This document shows positions 1 through 10,364 of a DNA stretch of 64,000 bases, one piece after another. Every line of letters starts with the position of its first letter. The first letter of the stretch is position 1. The stretch is from Candidatus Enterousia sp. (GTDB taxonomy: Bacteria; Pseudomonadota; Alphaproteobacteria; Rs-D84), in NCBI GenBank assembly GCA_045613345.1, contig JAZLAT010000005.1:67588-131587 (forward strand). Reading direction: 5' to 3'. The notes below the pieces were generated by a model. It saw only the letters and a list, made by a program, of their open reading frames with translations. It had not been told where the DNA came from and did not search any database. Both the position numbers and the translations under genes were made by a program.

Positions 1-781
1 TGGCAATCTTGTCATTACCCTTGGGAATTACGACACGATAGTTCGGATATTGCGCATCGACCAACTTGCTGGTCAAAACCGCAGGACCAATATTAAACCG
101 CGCCTTGGTATCAGACAGTTCGATATTCACATCGTCAACGGTCGCATCTTCCAACAATTTTGACAATTCACCAATCACACGGCGCGGCAAAATCACAGAC
201 GGCATTTCCGCCGAACCCGCCGGCGCAGGCATCGCGCACAGTGCCATACGTTGCGCATCGGTTGCAACCGCGGTCAATCTGTTTTCGCCATCATCATTGG
301 CAATATGGAAATATATTCCACCCAAATGATAGCGCACATCGTCGGTTGGAATTGCGAACTTGGTCTGGTTTATCAAATGCGCCAAATCACCAGTTGTCAT
401 TTGAAATTTCGTGGTCAGGTTGCTGCCCGCCATGGCCGGGAAATTTTCCGCCGGCAAAGTCGGCAAATGGAACACCGCACGATTCGCAGACACAACCAAC
501 GAATCACCGGACTGTTTAAAAGAAATCTCGGCATCGTCGGGCAATTTGCGAACAATATCATACAGCATTTGCACCGGCACAGTAATTTTGCCACCCAATG
601 TGACATCGGCGACAACATGTTCCACCAATTCCAAATCAACATTAGTTGCAGAAAGGATTAAATCGTCCGCGACTTCGATTTTAACATTCATCAAAATCGG
701 CAAAGTCGCGCGCTTTTCTACGATGGATTGCATATGTCCCAATGCACGGATTAAAACCTGACGAAATACAGTAAATTCCAT
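1..781 (-). CDS. dnaN: DNA polymerase III beta sliding clamp, N-terminal part (runs off the left edge)
   Basis: The minus-strand ATG at 779-781 is preceded by AAGGAG. My translation reads MEFTVFRQVLIRALGHMQSIVEKRATLPILMNVKIEV...PDDAEISFKQSGDSLVVSAN, which is typical of DnaN. It is not in the ORF track because it is open to position 1. Confidence 0.85.
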   Translation of the reverse strand, partial: MEFTVFRQVLIRALGHMQSIVEKRATLPILMNVKIEVADDLILSATNVDLELVEHVVADVTLGGKITVPVQMLYDIVRKLPDDAEISFKQSGDSLVVSANRAVFHLPTLPAENFPAMAGSNLTTKFQMTTGDLAHLINQTKFAIPTDDVRYHLGGIYFHIANDDGENRLTAVATDAQRMALCAMPAPAGSAEMPSVILPRRVIGELSKLLEDATVDDVNIELSDTKARFNIGPAVLTSKLVDAQYPNYRVVIPKGNDKIA

Positions 782-888
782 TTTAATACTCCTTGGTGTG
801 TGTTTATTATTTTTTCTTTTTCTTATATTCGGGGGCTATTTTAACAAAAAAAGCCCACAAAACGCAAGGGCAAAAGTTCACAATTTGA

Positions 889-2970
889 TTATTTTTTCGA
901 ACCCGCACTTTGGGCCCGATCAATCACACCTTCTGCCAAGGTTAATGGCGATAAATTCATCCATTCTGGGTCACCCCGATGTTCGGGCGCGCCACGTTCA
1001 AGTGCGGTTTCACACGGGTTATCGTCCGCCAACCAATTGGTCAACAAATCGCCGGCAATCAATCCAACGCCCGCACTCGCAACCAAGCCGAGTCCCCCTG
1101 TGAACGGCGCAAGCAACAACCCCAATCCCGTCGCCGACAATGCCTTGCCCGCAATAGCCGCGCCACTGATTTTAATATCTGGTTCCGCCAAGTTTCCGGT
1201 TATAGTTATCGTGTTAACTACATTGCCACTGATGGACAATTTGATTCCGCGTACCGGTATGGTTGTTAAAGACAAGTTCAACGTTTCGTTACCTAAATCT
1301 ACATCACCACCAAGCATAACATTGATCGCGTTTGTTTCAATGGCCACTCCATTTTGCGTTTCAATCAATCCATCGCGTATCTTCAAGTTCGCCGCCACCG
1401 CCTTTATCGTCATTTGGTCATATTTTTTCTTGGACGAAAACATATCTTGAATACTGTGCCGCAATGTCGTCAAGAAATCCGCACCATACATATACGCAAC
1501 CAATTCCGAATGAGCCCAACCATTCCCCACAGAATAAACCCGCACGGGACCAGTTATGGTTTTCATAATGTTTGACATATCCTTGCCCATGGCGACCACA
1601 TAAATTTCAAAATCTAATGGCAAATCAGATATAAAATCATGAATATTGATTTCATCTAAAAGTGTTCCAATAGTAATCCCTTTCCCGACACCACCCATTT
1701 CTGCATGTATAACCCCAGATTCTTCGATGTCGCCATTGATTGCCGCAAGCACTTTACCACCGGCAAACCCGGTATCCGCATCGATTCGCAACTTGGTGTC
1801 CCGTACATTTATCTTTACCTTCATATTATCCAAAGATAGATTGCGATACATAATCATCTTGCCAAAATCAACATTCAAAGACACTTGGGTTTTGTACAAA
1901 TATTCCCCATAAAGTGGCATATCATGAAAGACATTTAATTCGCGTCCATTCAAATCTGGGGTTCCATATAATTCTGGGAACAATTCCAAAAGATTTATTT
2001 TCTTGGATGATATATTGGCAACAACTTCTGGCTTTGCCCTGCCCCAATCAAACGAACCAGATAACGTAATATCACTGCCGCGAACCGAAATCGAAGATTT
2101 ATGCAAAGTCAACTTACTGTGTCCCAAACCACCCGCAATATTCACCTTGATTGCCGGCATTTTTGGCATATCAATATTCAACAATTCACCAATCGGACGA
2201 ACATCAGGAATATCGCCTTTGATAATAAAATCAATTGGTATTTTACTTGTTCCTTCCAATGCAACATTCGCAATCAGCGCATCGCCATCCGACGCAAAGG
2301 CAACCTTGACCGGATAAATACGCCGTTCGGAATTATATTTATCAAACGAAACAATAAAAGGAATTGCAGAAGATCCAGGATTTATCCAACCACTATATTC
2401 GCGTGCATCGCCATGATTTGCATGCCGCACATTCATTCTTGGAACAAAGTATTTTTCACCATCAAAAAATACGGTTAAATTACTGATACCCAATGAACCA
2501 AGTCCCGGATCAACAAAAGGATATTCTGGTTTTTCCGAATCAACAGACTCATCGGAATCCGCTGTATAGCCAGTTTTTTCCCAAAAATATTTTCCATCTT
2601 TATCCTTGTCAATATATATCGTCGCATCACGCACAGCAACACGCTGAATCGCCGGACGATTTGTGAACAAAGATATCAAATTTAAATGCACATCAAGTGT
2701 TTTAGCATCAAACAAATTCTTATTTTCTTGCTTCCCCGGAATTACGACATCATGCATAGTCACCCGTGGACGCAACGATAATTTCCACGAAACATCACCC
2801 AAAATTTCAACCTGCATTCCAGTTGACGACCGCAACACACCAAGTATATTATTTTTTATTGTTGTCATATCCATATTATTCAACGCAACGATCACCGCGA
2901 CAACAAACACCGCAACGAACACAAAAACAACACGTGAAATTACAAAAAATTTATTTTTTTTGACTTTCAT
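889..2970 (-). CDS. AsmA family outer-membrane biogenesis protein
   Basis: 693 aa with an N-terminal membrane anchor (MKVKKNKFFVISRVVFVFVAVFVV). Long beta-rich body and a Gly-rich C-terminal hydrophobic segment as in AsmA-family proteins. Starts 8 nt downstream of the rluC-like gene. Confidence 0.65.
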   Translation of the reverse strand: MKVKKNKFFVISRVVFVFVAVFVVAVIVALNNMDMTTIKNNILGVLRSSTGMQVEILGDVSWKLSLRPRVTMHDVVIPGKQENKNLFDAKTLDVHLNLISLFTNRPAIQRVAVRDATIYIDKDKDGKYFWEKTGYTADSDESVDSEKPEYPFVDPGLGSLGISNLTVFFDGEKYFVPRMNVRHANHGDAREYSGWINPGSSAIPFIVSFDKYNSERRIYPVKVAFASDGDALIANVALEGTSKIPIDFIIKGDIPDVRPIGELLNIDMPKMPAIKVNIAGGLGHSKLTLHKSSISVRGSDITLSGSFDWGRAKPEVVANISSKKINLLELFPELYGTPDLNGRELNVFHDMPLYGEYLYKTQVSLNVDFGKMIMYRNLSLDNMKVKINVRDTKLRIDADTGFAGGKVLAAINGDIEESGVIHAEMGGVGKGITIGTLLDEINIHDFISDLPLDFEIYVVAMGKDMSNIMKTITGPVRVYSVGNGWAHSELVAYMYGADFLTTLRHSIQDMFSSKKKYDQMTIKAVAANLKIRDGLIETQNGVAIETNAINVMLGGDVDLGNETLNLSLTTIPVRGIKLSISGNVVNTITITGNLAEPDIKISGAAIAGKALSATGLGLLLAPFTGGLGLVASAGVGLIAGDLLTNWLADDNPCETALERGAPEHRGDPEWMNLSPLTLAEGVIDRAQSAGSKK

Positions 2971-2978
2971 TTTATCAC

Positions 2979-3944
2979 CTATGGCATGGGCAATTCTAAC
3001 AATTCTATAACCGGGCTCATAAAGTCCGGAACGTCGGCACGAAACGATATTATCTTGCCTGTTGATGGATGCCGAAAAGTCAATTTATATGCAAACAAAA
3101 ATAAATTTTTGGTTTTCAAAACCGATTGCAACCCTGCATCCATTTTTTGGCTTTTACCATATAAATCATCACCCACAATTGGCGCATTCAAAGACATTGC
3201 GCTGTGTATTCTTAATTGGTGAGTCCGACCCGTTTGTGGCAAGAATAAAATCCAAGTCAACATTCCCGACGCACGCGCCAAGACACGGTATTCGGTAACG
3301 GCATGATGTGGTCGTGCGCCCGTACCATTTTCCCGCGACGACGAATCAAATACACGTCCTTTTAACATATAATTATCTATGACACCACGCGAATTAGATA
3401 CATCACCATTTAACAAAGCAAGATATTCTTTGTGCGCAATTTTATTTTGAAATTGATGGCTAAGATTTTGTGCCGCATGTTGATTCTTGGCAACAACCAA
3501 CAAACCACTTGTTTCCCGATCCAATCGATGAACCAAAGAAACTTTATGATAAGGAAACAATGCCGCCGCCATTTTATCAATTGATTTTTTTATTCCTGTA
3601 CCGCCTTGGACGGCAAGCCCCGCGGGCTTGTTAAACACGACAATGTCATTGTCGCTGTGGATAATCATTTTTCGCAACTGTTCCAAATCAGACAACGAAA
3701 ATTTTTCACCTGATTCATCTTTTTTAGGTGCAACAGCATATTCAGAAACCGTCGGCGGAATACGAATGCCATCACCTGCATGTAAAATTTCAGTTCCACG
3801 ACAACGACGCGAATTTACACGAATTTGCCCACCGCGGCAAAGCCGATAAAACTCCCGCTGGGGCATAGAAGGGAAATGACGCAAGAACCAACGAAGCAAT
3901 CGCGTTCCATCTTCGACCGGAGAAACAATAGTGACTTCCGCCAT
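2979..3944 (-). CDS. RluA-family 23S rRNA pseudouridine synthase (RluC/RluD-like) with N-terminal S4 domain
   Basis: 321 aa with the catalytic motif HRLDRETSGLLVVAK and the C-terminal GRTHQLRIH motif. Confidence 0.8.
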   Translation of the reverse strand: MAEVTIVSPVEDGTRLLRWFLRHFPSMPQREFYRLCRGGQIRVNSRRCRGTEILHAGDGIRIPPTVSEYAVAPKKDESGEKFSLSDLEQLRKMIIHSDNDIVVFNKPAGLAVQGGTGIKKSIDKMAAALFPYHKVSLVHRLDRETSGLLVVAKNQHAAQNLSHQFQNKIAHKEYLALLNGDVSNSRGVIDNYMLKGRVFDSSSRENGTGARPHHAVTEYRVLARASGMLTWILFLPQTGRTHQLRIHSAMSLNAPIVGDDLYGKSQKMDAGLQSVLKTKNLFLFAYKLTFRHPSTGKIISFRADVPDFMSPVIELLELPMP

Positions 3945-3949
3945 ATAAC

Positions 3950-4414
3950 TTATTCGCCGTATGTTATTTTGACGATATTATTTCCGTTACCAAGGTTACA
4001 AGAACCAACCGCCCCACCCTGTTTACCATCGGAACTTTGATATCCAACCGAATCGGACCATGCTTTGGTTACAAAATATTCACAATCTGTATTAGACAAT
4101 CCCTTGATAGAAACAATAAATTGACGACTGTTAGACGGGTCAACCGCCAATTCATATGTACCGCCATATGTATTTTTGTTTGACATACCAATCGCACCGA
4201 ATATTGTAGCATTATTTATGTTTGAAAAATCGTCATATTCACCCAACAATTGACGAACACCCGTCACAAGTTGCAAAACCTCTTCATTTACGGCGTTACG
4301 TTTCTGTGTGCGCATAGCCGTAGAAATCATACCAATCGCACCGACCGTTATCACACCCATAATAGCCAACACGCCCAACATTTCAATCATAGAACGACCA
4401 GATTCATATTTCAT
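3950..4414 (-). CDS. Prepilin-type N-terminal cleavage/methylation domain protein (type IV pilin / pseudopilin-like)
   Basis: 154 aa. The N-terminus MKYESG/RSMIEMLGVLAIMGVITVGAIG has Gly, Glu at +5 and a hydrophobic helix. An AAGGAA RBS lies upstream. Confidence 0.55.
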   Translation of the reverse strand: MKYESGRSMIEMLGVLAIMGVITVGAIGMISTAMRTQKRNAVNEEVLQLVTGVRQLLGEYDDFSNINNATIFGAIGMSNKNTYGGTYELAVDPSNSRQFIVSIKGLSNTDCEYFVTKAWSDSVGYQSSDGKQGGAVGSCNLGNGNNIVKITYGE

Positions 4415-4466
4415 TTTTTATTCCTTTGGTTTGATATTTACTCTATTTTATTTTATCATATCAAGT

Positions 4467-5894
4467 ATGAATATTCAATTCAACGATTTAATATCAAATG
4501 CACCCGCCGCACCGGGGGTGTATCGTATGTACGATTCGGATGGGAACCTGCTTTATGTGGGCAAAGCCAAGAATTTGGCGGCACGTTTGGCGCAATATAT
4601 GGACATATCAAAACTTGAATTGCACAAGCAAGTTATGCGTTCGTTGGTCACACGCGTTACATGGGAAACGGTTGCGAACGAATCAGATGCTTTGGTATTA
4701 GAACAAAAACTTATCAAAACCGAAAAGCCAAAATATAACATCATGCTGACCGATGGGAAAATGTACCCTATGTTGGCATTGACAAATCATGAATTCCCAC
4801 GTTTATTAAAATTTCGCGGAAAAATTTCCCAAAAACGCGATGTATACGGTCCATATCCTTCGGTCCAGGCATTAAACGAAACCATAAAAATGATTCAAAA
4901 GGTTTGCCGCCTGCGCACTTGCAACGACACATTTATGCGAAATCGTGTGCGTCCGTGTTTGCTTTACCAAATTGGACGTTGCAGCGCACCATGTACCATG
5001 CCCAACCCTGAATACGGTGAAAACGTAAAATTGGCACGCCGAATATTGACCGGAGACAGTGAACCAATCATCACAGATTTGTCCGCACAAATGAAGAAAT
5101 TATCTGAACAAATGGATTATGAAAATGCGGGATTAATTCGTGATAAAATTGCCGCATTAACAAAAACATCAATTCGCGGTATACAGCGGAATCCGCTGTA
5201 TAGCGAAAAATCAAATGAAAGCATTGATTGGGAAAATACTGTCGCACAAATGGAAAAATGGATTGGTAAAAAAATAAATTATGTTGGTGTATTTGATAAC
5301 TCTCATTTGTTTGGAACAAACCCCGTGGGCGCAATGATAACATTTGGACATAGTGGATTTATTAAAAGCGGTTACAGACATTTCAAATTACGTGACCATG
5401 CACGCGCCGGAAACGACATTGCAATGATGGCGGAATTTGTTGAACGCGCAACTAAAAACAGTCCAGAGCTTGATTTGATAATCGTCGATGGCGGACGTGC
5501 ACAATGGAATATTGCACATAAAGTTGCGCCAAACATCCCGATTCTGGGGGTAACCAAAGGCGAAGTTCGAAATGGTGACGAGCACTTTATAATGCCCAAC
5601 GGAACCGAAGACAGAACAATGAAAAAAGATTCAAAATTATTTTTACTTTTGCGTCGTGTCCGTGATGAAGCGCACAGATTTGTTATAACATATCACCGTA
5701 CATCGCGCGCAAAATCAATGACTGGATCGTGTTTAGACGAAATCGAAGGTATTGGACCAGTTCGTAAAAAATTACTATTGAATCATTTTGGTTCTGTTCG
5801 CGCAATAATGGATGCTGATATCAAATCACTGATGCGCGTTCCAAACCTTGGACGATCAGCCGCCGAAAAAATATATAGCCATTTTCATCAATAA
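4467..5894 (+). CDS. uvrC: Excinuclease ABC subunit C (compact, 475 aa)
   Basis: GIY-YIG N-terminus (PGVYRMYDSDGNLLYVGKAKNL), Cys motif RPCLLYQIGRCSAPC, UVR domain, FDNSH endonuclease domain and C-terminal HhH. I chose the internal ATG at 4467; the track start at 4308 overlaps the divergent pilin-like gene. Confidence 0.85.
   Translation: MNIQFNDLISNAPAAPGVYRMYDSDGNLLYVGKAKNLAARLAQYMDISKLELHKQVMRSLVTRVTWETVANESDALVLEQKLIKTEKPKYNIMLTDGKMYPMLALTNHEFPRLLKFRGKISQKRDVYGPYPSVQALNETIKMIQKVCRLRTCNDTFMRNRVRPCLLYQIGRCSAPCTMPNPEYGENVKLARRILTGDSEPIITDLSAQMKKLSEQMDYENAGLIRDKIAALTKTSIRGIQRNPLYSEKSNESIDWENTVAQMEKWIGKKINYVGVFDNSHLFGTNPVGAMITFGHSGFIKSGYRHFKLRDHARAGNDIAMMAEFVERATKNSPELDLIIVDGGRAQWNIAHKVAPNIPILGVTKGEVRNGDEHFIMPNGTEDRTMKKDSKLFLLLRRVRDEAHRFVITYHRTSRAKSMTGSCLDEIEGIGPVRKKLLLNHFGSVRAIMDADIKSLMRVPNLGRSAAEKIYSHFHQ
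5180..5202. repeat. Perfect 11+1+11 palindrome TATACAGCGGA-A-TCCGCTGTATA inside uvrC
   Basis: Read directly from the sequence. Both arms carry the dispersed CCGCTGTATA motif. The palindrome is translated as GIQRNPLYS. Confidence 0.95.
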
Positions 5895-5930
5895 TGATAT
5901 AATGCATTGGTAATAATAAAGGAGAAACAT

Positions 5931-6533
5931 ATGAAATTTTTTGTAAACTTTTTATCAGGATTTCGTATTTTTGCATCATTTGCAATTATTGGAACCTTAA
6001 TGAGTGGCATGTATATCACAACATTGATTTTGTTTTTACTTGGCGCACTAAGCGATTTTTTTGACGGATACCTTGCGCGGAAATACAATGTATGCACCCG
6101 CATGGGATGCATATTAGACAGTATCGCAGATAAATTTTTGGTTGTGAACACATTGATATTGTTATGCATAATGATGCCGGTGTGGTTTATCGTAATTCCA
6201 TCAATAATTATGATTGCACGCGAATTGTATATCAGCGGCCTGCGCGAATTTGCTGGTGCACAAAAAGTTGAAATTCATGCAACAAATACACGTATGGCAA
6301 TGGGCAAAATTAAAACTTTTTTTCAAATGATTGCCATTATCGCGTTTTTGGGCTTGTTCGTCTTAGGTGTCTTGGCAAACAAATCCTTGGACAGCCGTAT
6401 GTTGTTGTATGCAATTTATGTCTTGCCAAATATCGGTATCTTTTCAATGTGGTTTGCGTTGGCGGCAAGTATTATATCGGCAATTCAATATACAAGACGA
6501 TTTATGATGGCACCAAAAAAATCTAAAAAATAA
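5931..6533 (+). CDS. pgsA: CDP-diacylglycerol--glycerol-3-phosphate 3-phosphatidyltransferase
   Basis: CDP-alcohol phosphatidyltransferase motif DFFDGYLARK...G..LDSIADK. ATG at 5931 has AAGGAG 7 nt upstream. The track start at 5907 is a TTG. Confidence 0.8.
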   Translation: MKFFVNFLSGFRIFASFAIIGTLMSGMYITTLILFLLGALSDFFDGYLARKYNVCTRMGCILDSIADKFLVVNTLILLCIMMPVWFIVIPSIIMIARELYISGLREFAGAQKVEIHATNTRMAMGKIKTFFQMIAIIAFLGLFVLGVLANKSLDSRMLLYAIYVLPNIGIFSMWFALAASIISAIQYTRRFMMAPKKSKK

Positions 6534-6543
6534 TTCAAAAAAC

Positions 6544-6574
6544 ACCCGCCAAAATTGGCGGGTTAAATTTTTAT
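6544..6574 (+). terminator. Rho-independent terminator after pgsA
   Basis: Stem ACCCGCC / GGCGGGT (6544-6550 / 6557-6563) followed by a T-rich tract. Confidence 0.6.
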
Positions 6575-6599
6575 CTATACACCGGAATCCGCTGTATAG
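6575..6599. repeat. Inverted pair of the dispersed motif (CTATACACCGGA-A-TCCGCTGTATAG) between convergent pgsA and dnaJ
   Basis: 12 bp arms with one mismatch. The right arm is an exact copy of GGAATCCGCTGTATAG. Confidence 0.9.
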
Positions 6600-6605
6600 G
6601 CAAAA

Positions 6606-7736
6606 TTAGAACCAACCTTTTTTCGCAGATTTTGTTTCACTAAATTCGGTCAAAATCTTCTTTTGTTTTTCGGTCAATTTTGTTGGGACAATAACACCTA
6701 TTTCCAAATACAAATCGCCAAAAGTATTTCCACGGCCCGTCGGCATACCATGTCCACGAACACGCAATTTTTCACCGACTTGGGTCCCAGATGGAACTTT
6801 AACGCCCAATTTCTTATCATCAATTGTTTGTATATCAATTTCATCCCCCAATGCCAATGTAGTGAACGGCAAATCAACATGCATAATTAAATTTGCACCA
6901 TCACGCACAAATCTTTCATCGGGTTTAACACGTACATCTAAATAGAAGTCACCCGCCGGTCCACCGTTTACCCCGGCTTCACCTTGGCCCGCCAAACGAA
7001 GACGCGCACCGTCTTCGATACCAGCAGGAATTTTCACGTCAATGGTCCGATTTTTGTGCACCACACCCGTACCATCGCATTCAGTACATTTTTTATCAAT
7101 CTTGTGTCCCAAACCGTTACATTCCGGACATGGGCTTTGCATTGCAAAGAAGCCACGTTGCACATTCACATACCCCGTCCCATGACAACGCGGACAAACC
7201 GGCGCCGGCTTGCCATCCGCAGTTCCGTAACCATTACACTTTTCGCACTTTACATTACTGGCGAATTTCACAGTATGAGTTGTGCCAAAATACGCATCAC
7301 GCAGGCTGATTACCACTTCTTCCAACAAATCGCGCCCACGCTGCGCCACCGATGCACCACCACGCGCACCGCCACCATCAAATCCACCAAATCCAAAACC
7401 GCGCATAGCTTCGCGCAGTATATCTTCCATCCCGGCGCCGCCACCCATATCAAAGTGGAACGCACCATTTCCGAACGGATTTCCACCCATACCCGCCGAA
7501 GCCCCATTACCACCGGCGAACGCCGCATCACCGAATCGGTCATATGCCGCCCGCTTTTGCGGGTCACGCAAGATATCAAAAGCGTTATTTACTTCCTTGA
7601 ATTTTTCTTCGGCGGCTTTATCACCCGGATTTTTATCGGGGTGGTATTTCATCACCAATTTATGATATGCCTTTTTAATATCGGCGTCTGACGCATCACG
7701 TGCCACGCCCAAAACTTCATAAGGATTTTTATTCAT
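6606..7736 (-). CDS. dnaJ: Molecular chaperone DnaJ
   Basis: 376 aa with a J domain (YHPDKNPGD), G/F-rich region and four CxxCxGxG zinc-finger repeats. Confidence 0.9.
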   Translation of the reverse strand: MNKNPYEVLGVARDASDADIKKAYHKLVMKYHPDKNPGDKAAEEKFKEVNNAFDILRDPQKRAAYDRFGDAAFAGGNGASAGMGGNPFGNGAFHFDMGGGAGMEDILREAMRGFGFGGFDGGGARGGASVAQRGRDLLEEVVISLRDAYFGTTHTVKFASNVKCEKCNGYGTADGKPAPVCPRCHGTGYVNVQRGFFAMQSPCPECNGLGHKIDKKCTECDGTGVVHKNRTIDVKIPAGIEDGARLRLAGQGEAGVNGGPAGDFYLDVRVKPDERFVRDGANLIMHVDLPFTTLALGDEIDIQTIDDKKLGVKVPSGTQVGEKLRVRGHGMPTGRGNTFGDLYLEIGVIVPTKLTEKQKKILTEFSETKSAKKGWF

Positions 7737-7878
7737 TTCTACGGTCCGTAATTATTTCTTGCATAAATATATAATGCGATTCCAGACAAAATCAAGCCCA
7801 CAATATTCTTATTTTTATGAACGATTTTTTATGTTTAGGCTTGCGTTGGGGGAAATAATGTTCTAATAATTACGTGTT

Positions 7879-9858
7879 ATGGCTGATATAAACTCGCACT
7901 CTTATGACGCTTCGGATATCCAAGTCCTGGAAGGATTGGAACCGGTTCGCCTGCGTCCCGGAATGTACATTGGTGGTACGGACGAAAAGGCGTGGCACCA
8001 TTTGCCAATCGAGATTATGGACAATTCTATTGACGAAGCCGTCGCGGGTTTTGCCAAGAAGATTTCCGTAAATCTGATTGATTCAAAGACCATAGAAATT
8101 ACGGACGACGGTCGCGGTATCCCGGTTGATGAACACCCAAAGTATCCCGGCAAATCGGCACTTGAGGTTATTCTTACGACCCTGCACTCGGGTGGCAAGT
8201 TTAATAATAATGTGTATAAAACCAGTGGCGGTCTGCACGGCGTGGGCAGCGCGGTTGTAAATGCGTTGTCGTCGCGTATGGACGTGGTAATTTCGCGCGA
8301 CGGTTATGAATGGGCACAGTCTTTTTCACGTGGCAAACCAATAACAAAAATGACTCGTGGCGAACCATCACGCGCACACGGCACAAAAATAAAATTTACA
8401 ATTGACGACGAAATCTTTGGCGAATCGGCGGTTTTCAAACCGGTCAAGATTTATCGCATGGCGCGTGCCAAGGCTTTTCTGTCGCGAGGTGTTAAAATAG
8501 ACTGGCATTGTAATCCCGAATTATTGACTGCGGACATGGAAATTCCAACGGACACGACATTTTACTATCCGAACGGTGTTGCCGATTTCTTGGAAGAAAA
8601 GACCCGTGACAAGCCGCGCATTTTACCAAAACTGTTTTCGGGTGCGGTTGATTTTCCGGACGATTCGGGTCGTGTTGAATGGGCATTGACTTTTTTGACC
8701 GATGAAAATGGCGCGGCGTCCGATGATGGATTTTTCTCGTCTTATTGCAACACTATTGCTACCATTGACGGTGGCACTCATGAAAGTGGATTTAAATCTG
8801 CAATTACCCGCGGGATAAAAGCATACGGCGAAAAGGTCAATAATAAATCGGCGGCGAACATAATCGGCGAAGATGTGTTCGATTCGGTCGCGGCGATTGT
8901 TTCTGTGTTCTATAAAACGCCGCAATTCTTGGGGCAAACCAAGGAAAAACTGTCCAATCCAGAAATTGCGAAATATACTGAAAACGCGCTGCGTGACCCA
9001 TGGGAAATGTTCTTGGCATCGGACCCAAAGACGGCAAACGCACTGTTGGAATTTGTGATAAATCTGGCCAATGCGCGCATCCGCGTAAAACAGGTCAAAG
9101 AGGTTGCACGTAAAACCCCGACAAAACGGATTCGTATGCCGGCAAAATTGGCAGATTGTTCAAAGCATGGTGTTGCCGGAACCGAGTTGTTTATTGTCGA
9201 AGGTGAATCGGCGGGCGGTACCGCGAAACAAGCACGCGACCGCGCGACCCAAGCGATTATGCCACTGCGTGGCAAAGTGTTAAATGTCGTGTCTAATTCT
9301 GATGAAAAATTCGGGAACAACCGCGAATTGAACGACTTGATTGATATCATTGGTGCGGGGACTGCAAAAAATTGGGACGACAACAAATTGCGATATGACA
9401 AGATTATAATTATGACCGATGCCGATGTCGACGGAAGTCATATTGCGTCACTGCTGATGGCGTTCTTTTACCAATTTATGCCCCAGTTGATTTATGGTGG
9501 ACATTTATATTTGTCTTGTCCGCCACTATATAAACTGACATGTGGCACCGAATCGCTTTATGTGGACACGGACGAAGAATTGGAAAGCCTGACGAACGGC
9601 AAATACAAAAACAGACGTGTTGAAATCTCACGATTCAAAGGTTTGGGCGAAATGATGCCGAACCAGTTGCGCGAAACAACAATGTCACCAAAGACACGTC
9701 GTCTGGTTCGGGTGGAATTGCCCCCGCGCACGGACGAAGGTGCCGAAGACACGGAAAAAACCCGCACTATTGTTTCCGAGCTGATGGGTAAAAAGCCGGA
9801 ATTTCGTTTCCGATTCATCACTGAACATGCCCAGTTTGTTAAAGATTTATTTGTATAA
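7879..9858 (+). CDS. parE: DNA topoisomerase IV subunit B
   Basis: 659 aa with GHKL ATPase and TOPRIM motifs (EGESAGG, DADVDGSHI). Its length and the lack of the GyrB insertion favour ParE over GyrB. Confidence 0.8.
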   Translation: MADINSHSYDASDIQVLEGLEPVRLRPGMYIGGTDEKAWHHLPIEIMDNSIDEAVAGFAKKISVNLIDSKTIEITDDGRGIPVDEHPKYPGKSALEVILTTLHSGGKFNNNVYKTSGGLHGVGSAVVNALSSRMDVVISRDGYEWAQSFSRGKPITKMTRGEPSRAHGTKIKFTIDDEIFGESAVFKPVKIYRMARAKAFLSRGVKIDWHCNPELLTADMEIPTDTTFYYPNGVADFLEEKTRDKPRILPKLFSGAVDFPDDSGRVEWALTFLTDENGAASDDGFFSSYCNTIATIDGGTHESGFKSAITRGIKAYGEKVNNKSAANIIGEDVFDSVAAIVSVFYKTPQFLGQTKEKLSNPEIAKYTENALRDPWEMFLASDPKTANALLEFVINLANARIRVKQVKEVARKTPTKRIRMPAKLADCSKHGVAGTELFIVEGESAGGTAKQARDRATQAIMPLRGKVLNVVSNSDEKFGNNRELNDLIDIIGAGTAKNWDDNKLRYDKIIIMTDADVDGSHIASLLMAFFYQFMPQLIYGGHLYLSCPPLYKLTCGTESLYVDTDEELESLTNGKYKNRRVEISRFKGLGEMMPNQLRETTMSPKTRRLVRVELPPRTDEGAEDTEKTRTIVSELMGKKPEFRFRFITEHAQFVKDLFV

Positions 9859-9874
9859 AAATTCGCCACAAATC

Positions 9875-9902
9875 TTGACTTTTTCAAAATTTATTCTATA
9901 TT
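9875..9902 (+). promoter_or_regulatory. Candidate sigma70 promoter for the 143 aa ORF
   Basis: TTGACT at 9875-9880, a 16 nt spacer, then TATATT at 9897-9902. Confidence 0.4.
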
Positions 9903-9932
9903 TTTGCGGCTGTTTAACAAAAGGGGCAAAAT

Positions 9933-10364
9933 ATGGCAAAGAAAGTATCGTCTTTCAAAAACACTTATGTTATCGATATGCGCGCATTAAGTGAGCGCCC
10001 AGTACAATGGACGGAAAATGGCGCAATTTTACCGATTGAATCGATAAATGGTGCGGCGCCCGCAACCCCCGAAGAATCAATTAAGTTGTTTGCGGAACGC
10101 CCTGTGCGTCGCATGTTGGACCAATATTCTGTACTGTTTCCAATGGTGAACAAAGCGGCACAAACAATTACAGAATATATTGATTTGGACGGCAAGCCTT
10201 TGATTACATTGTATCCCAATAATGATGTTTATAAAAACAACGATGATTGGGAAATGTACCTGGGGCGGGCGGCATTGGACGACCTGCGCGAGGTATATGA
10301 TCGCCAGAAACATACAATGGCGGGAATTGCCGGCGCCCTGCGTCAATTAAAGAAAAATAAATAA
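9933..10364 (+). CDS. Hypothetical protein, 143 aa
   Basis: Intact ORF with an AAAGGGG RBS and its own candidate promoter. I recognise no motif. Confidence 0.5.
   Translation: MAKKVSSFKNTYVIDMRALSERPVQWTENGAILPIESINGAAPATPEESIKLFAERPVRRMLDQYSVLFPMVNKAAQTITEYIDLDGKPLITLYPNNDVYKNNDDWEMYLGRAALDDLREVYDRQKHTMAGIAGALRQLKKNK

Noticed and set aside
4308-4466. Upstream-extended starts given by the ORF track (4308, 5907, 13242, 14909, 21473, 32263, 33416, 35784, 38200, 48286, 52216, 55271, 59935, 61538).
   Set aside because: The extensions overlap neighbouring genes or a tRNA, add non-homologous N-termini, and lack an RBS. Internal ATGs give canonical N-termini, often with a Shine-Dalgarno.
7737-7800. 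A heat-shock (RpoH) promoter upstream of dnaJ (CTTGATT ... CATTATAT on the minus strand).
   Set aside because: Its spacing and -10 match to CTTG-N17-CYTATNT are imperfect. It is too weak to report as a feature.
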